This document shows, piece by piece, positions 61,474 through 64,000 of a DNA stretch of 64,000 nt. How positions within the stretch are numbered: the stretch's first letter is position 1; each line of letters starts with the position of its first letter. Position numbers and translations under genes: made by a program. Origin of the DNA: an uncultured Solirubrobacterales bacterium (GTDB lineage Bacteria; Actinomycetota; Thermoleophilia; Solirubrobacterales; Solirubrobacteraceae); assembly GCA_963822625.1 (NCBI GenBank), contig CAWGIH010000004.1:13292-77291 (forward strand), written 5' to 3'. The notes under the pieces were generated by a model. That model saw only the letters and a program-made list of their open reading frames with translations, made no database searches and was not told the origin of the DNA.

Positions 61474-61552
61474 GCGGGACGGGATGAGAGGGACGGGATG
61501 AGAGGGGCCGGATGAGAGGGGCCGGATGAGAGGGACGGGATGAGAGGGACGG
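61469..61552. repeat. 14-bp tandem repeat x5-6 starting at the marR stop codon
   Basis: gtgagcgggacgg, then gatgagagggacgg / gatgagaggggccg units. Confidence 0.92.
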
Positions 61553-61588
61553 CGTATTTCCCTATCTCAATCGTGAAATTCACTTACC

Positions 61589-62755
61589 TCAATCGTGAAT
61601 GGTGTACCAGGAGACGCTCACGTTTGCTCGCTTGCAACGAATGTTGTGTTCGCTCCCCGCCAATCCAAACGGCTCACGACGACACGCAAAGCGGCCCGCT
61701 GGAGTGCTCACGCTGTAGGACCGGCTGTAGGTGAAGTACGGCGACACCGGGACATAGCCCCGCGTGTACTCGACCGCGTGGACAACGCCGTGCGCCTGCC
61801 CGCATGAGACCCCGCTCGCCTGGATCGTCGCGGTGATCACATCTCCAAGTTTCTCCGTCCCGCAACTGCGAGCCTCGCCGGCGCCGCGCCCATTCCTTCG
61901 GCGCTTGGGTTTCGAACGCGGCCGCGAGCGCGGTGAGCGCGGCACGTTCACGACCATCGATGTGGTCGCCTGCGGATTCAGCGTGCCGGGGACGAGCGCC
62001 CATGCACAGAAGACCCAGCGGCTGCCGGCAGGTAGAGCGCTCACGCTCGCCGTGTGCAACTGCGGAGGACCGGTGATGATGGCCTTGATCAGCGGGGAGG
62101 CTGTAGCCGACGCGCTGCTCGCCCGACAGCCTTCTGGTGTGGCTGGCCCGCCGACGAGGATGAGCTCCCGCGCGACTTCGCTGGCAGCCATCAGATTCAG
62201 CGTAAACGGCCTACCCGCGGCGATGCCATTCGCGAGGCTGAGGGTGAGTGAGATATGCGGCAGACGGACCTCGACCGGCAGCGACGCCGCGGCGAAGTCC
62301 GGTCCGCCGGTCGATGTCTCACCCGGTCCGAAACCCGTGGCCCAGCCACAGATGATGTACGGTCCGGGTTCGAGCGGCGTGAAGCTCATGGACCCCGAGT
62401 ACATCTCGCTCGGGCCTTCGGCCTCGAAGACGGGTTCGGCCAGCCTGGTGCCGGAGTCCGCTTCGGGTAGGGAGCCGCACGGAACATCGGCCTTGTTGAC
62501 CGCGATGGTTATGAAGCCCGCGGTTTCGGTGCTGGCGGTGTAGTTGATCTGTGTCGTCTCGCTCTGTACGGCTTCCTTGGCGAGCTCGAGCGTCATCCCG
62601 TCGGCGAGCGCCGCGCCGGGGAGCAGCGCCGCCAGCGTCAGGCCGCAGACGCACGCCAGCGCCAGAGGCCTACCCGCGGCGGGCGGGATCGGGATGGAGA
62701 TCGAAGACGCGCCCCCGGCAGATAATGACCCTCTCTCCCGCTTTCTCTTCCTCAT
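61589..62755 (-). CDS. Secreted hypothetical protein with duplicated Cys-containing beta domains
   Basis: Signal-like LTLAALLPGAALA; PC..YIICGW and GC..WVFCAW; C-terminal SCG..VSC..FAC..IRC domain. Confidence 0.7.
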   Translation of the reverse strand: MRKRKRERGSLSAGGASSISIPIPPAAGRPLALACVCGLTLAALLPGAALADGMTLELAKEAVQSETTQINYTASTETAGFITIAVNKADVPCGSLPEADSGTRLAEPVFEAEGPSEMYSGSMSFTPLEPGPYIICGWATGFGPGETSTGGPDFAAASLPVEVRLPHISLTLSLANGIAAGRPFTLNLMAASEVARELILVGGPATPEGCRASSASATASPLIKAIITGPPQLHTASVSALPAGSRWVFCAWALVPGTLNPQATTSMVVNVPRSPRSRPRSKPKRRRNGRGAGEARSCGTEKLGDVITATIQASGVSCGQAHGVVHAVEYTRGYVPVSPYFTYSRSYSVSTPAGRFACRREPFGLAGSEHNIRCKRANVSVSWYTIHD

Positions 62756-62835
62756 GACTGGATTCCTTTCCGTTTGGTCACGTTTAGGCACGTCTTGTTG
62801 GGTTTGCTCAGGGCGCAATCGCCCCCCAATGCCCT

Positions 62836-62897
62836 ATGTCGAGTGAAGTCCTCACCTGACCCCCCCCCATATCGAGTGAGGTCATCGCTTGACCCCC
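62836..62897. promoter_or_regulatory. Imperfect 29-bp direct repeat, 33-bp period
   Basis: atgtcgagtgaagtcctcacctgaccccc (62836) / atatcgagtgaggtcatcgcttgaccccc (62869), between divergent secreted-protein genes. Confidence 0.55.
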
Positions 62898-62991
62898 GCC
62901 GATAAATGTTGATCAGGGACGAAAAAGGATGTTTAATGGCAACAGTTGGGATCGCGGGCAGGGCGGCCGATCCAACCGGGAAAGGAATCCC

Positions 62992-64000
62992 ATGAGTCAG
63001 ATCGTGGCGGGCAATCGAGGTATCTCCCAACGCGCGCTGCTGCCGGCGATGGCGGCGCTCGCGCTGGGGAGATTGCTTGCATGCTTGCGCTGGCGCCCGC
63101 GGCGCGGGCGGGGGAGTGGGTGCAGCGCACGTGCTCGTACGGCACGGAATACATCTTCCCTGAAGGCTGGGAAGGGGAAGAGAATTACGGCTACGACGAG
63201 ATGCCCTCCGACAACTGCGAAAAGTATTACAACGGCGGCGGGCTCGCGGCGTATGCCGCCGGGTGGAACGGCACAAACCGGAGTCGGGCCAACATGGCGA
63301 TACAAAGCGCCGCGTTACGCCACGATCGCGGGCGGCGTGCTGGCACTCCAGATGACGGCCCGCGACGGCGGTGCGCTGGTCGCCATCAAGGTCAAAGAAC
63401 AGCCGGTCACGCTCGCGATCTGCGAAAACCCCGGTTGCCACAGCTACGAACGGATCGTGCCGATCACAGCCACCGGGGCGAGCGAACTATGGGAGACGGC
63501 GTACTGCTTCAGCAACAGCGAAGGCATGTGCCCTGCTGAGAACTTCAACCCCGACGAAGGCAACGGTCACGAGGCAGCCGAAGCCAACATTACAAGCGCG
63601 CAGATCGTCCTCTCGACCAACGTGATTCCAGCCGCGTCAGGCTTCGGCGGCACGCTCCTCGGGACGAGCGTCACCGGCACGGGCACGCTCGACTTCACAG
63701 CCACCGACCCTGGACCGGGGGTCTATCAGACGCGAGCGAAGGTCGATGGTCAGCAGGTGTGGGCAGCGACCCCGAACCTGAACGAAGGTAAGTGCATCTC
63801 GACCGGGAGTCTCGAAGGCGTCCGTGCGTTCGACTACGTCCAGCCATGCCCGACCGAAACGGCCGTCCACGCGGAAATCAACACCGCCGGGCTTCCCGAC
63901 GGCCACGCACGCGCTCACGGTCGAAGTCGAAGACGCCGCTGGGGACGTTACGACGGTCTACTCCGGCACGCTCACTACCGCGAACCACCCAACGACCACC
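62992..64000 (+). CDS. Secreted hypothetical protein, partial (frameshifted, runs off the window)
   Basis: AAAGGA RBS; LALAPAARA-GEWVQRTC; FTATDPGPGVY...FDYVQPCP..LPDG. Confidence 0.65.
   Translation, partial: MSQIVAGNRGISQRALLPAMAALALGRLLACLRWRPRRGRGSGCSARARTARNTSSLKAGKGKRITATTRCPPTTAKSITTAAGSRRMPPGGTAQTGVGPTWRYKAPRYATIAGGVLALQMTARDGGALVAIKVKEQPVTLAICENPGCHSYERIVPITATGASELWETAYCFSNSEGMCPAENFNPDEGNGHEAAEANITSAQIVLSTNVIPAASGFGGTLLGTSVTGTGTLDFTATDPGPGVYQTRAKVDGQQVWAATPNLNEGKCISTGSLEGVRAFDYVQPCPTETAVHAEINTAGLPDGHARAHGRSRRRRWGRYDGLLRHAHYREPPNDH

Noticed and set aside
1-64000. Mass pseudogenisation or programmed frameshifting suggested by many broken ORFs
   Set aside because: Single-base indels hit conserved housekeeping-type genes (aspS, rfbB, rfbD) with motifs intact and no common slippery site. 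Uncorrected long-read error is the simplest explanation.

Overview
High-GC actinobacterial chromosome segment; gene content suggests Thermoleophilia/Solirubrobacterales (inference). Single-base indels break many conserved genes (rfbB, rfbD, aspS, MMPL, AKR), which I read as long-read assembly error, so gene boundaries were rebuilt across frames and are approximate. Left to right: (1) PadR + two ABC ATPases + FtsX-type permease upstream of a DUF2600/YtpB-like terpene synthase gene. (2) rfbA-rfbD-rfbB without rfbC. (3) A fused PafBC-like double-WYL regulator and a YhaM-like OB-HD nuclease. (4) A small Gly/Ser hexad + (Cys-x-x)8 repeat protein coupled to an LLM oxidoreductase. (5) An accessory region (about 16-30 kb) with at least five intact or decayed toxin-antitoxin modules, small GNAT/VOC/SnoaL/PAP2 genes, a PLD, an HD-GYP protein and an orphan ParB. 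(6) An AHL-lactonase-like gene, archaeal-type aspS and valS. (7) A membrane-anchored ECF sigma with a long tail. (8) A candidate cAMP neighbourhood: CHASE2 cyclase divergent from a secreted beta-propeller/IPT/FecR-like protein, MFS-cNMP-patatin fusion, and a cNMP protein + MBL hydrolase pair. (9) Redox, hydrolase, regulator and transporter genes. Main non-obvious signals: a four-copy bipartite promoter-like motif (TGTCCCGTT-N10/11-GTCGGA) in front of unrelated genes, the cyclase/FecR-like pair, the Cys-repeat protein, tandem amplifications anchored on start/stop codons, and AT-shifted tracts inside GC-rich genes. No rRNA, tRNA, CRISPR array, integrase or transposase was recognised.
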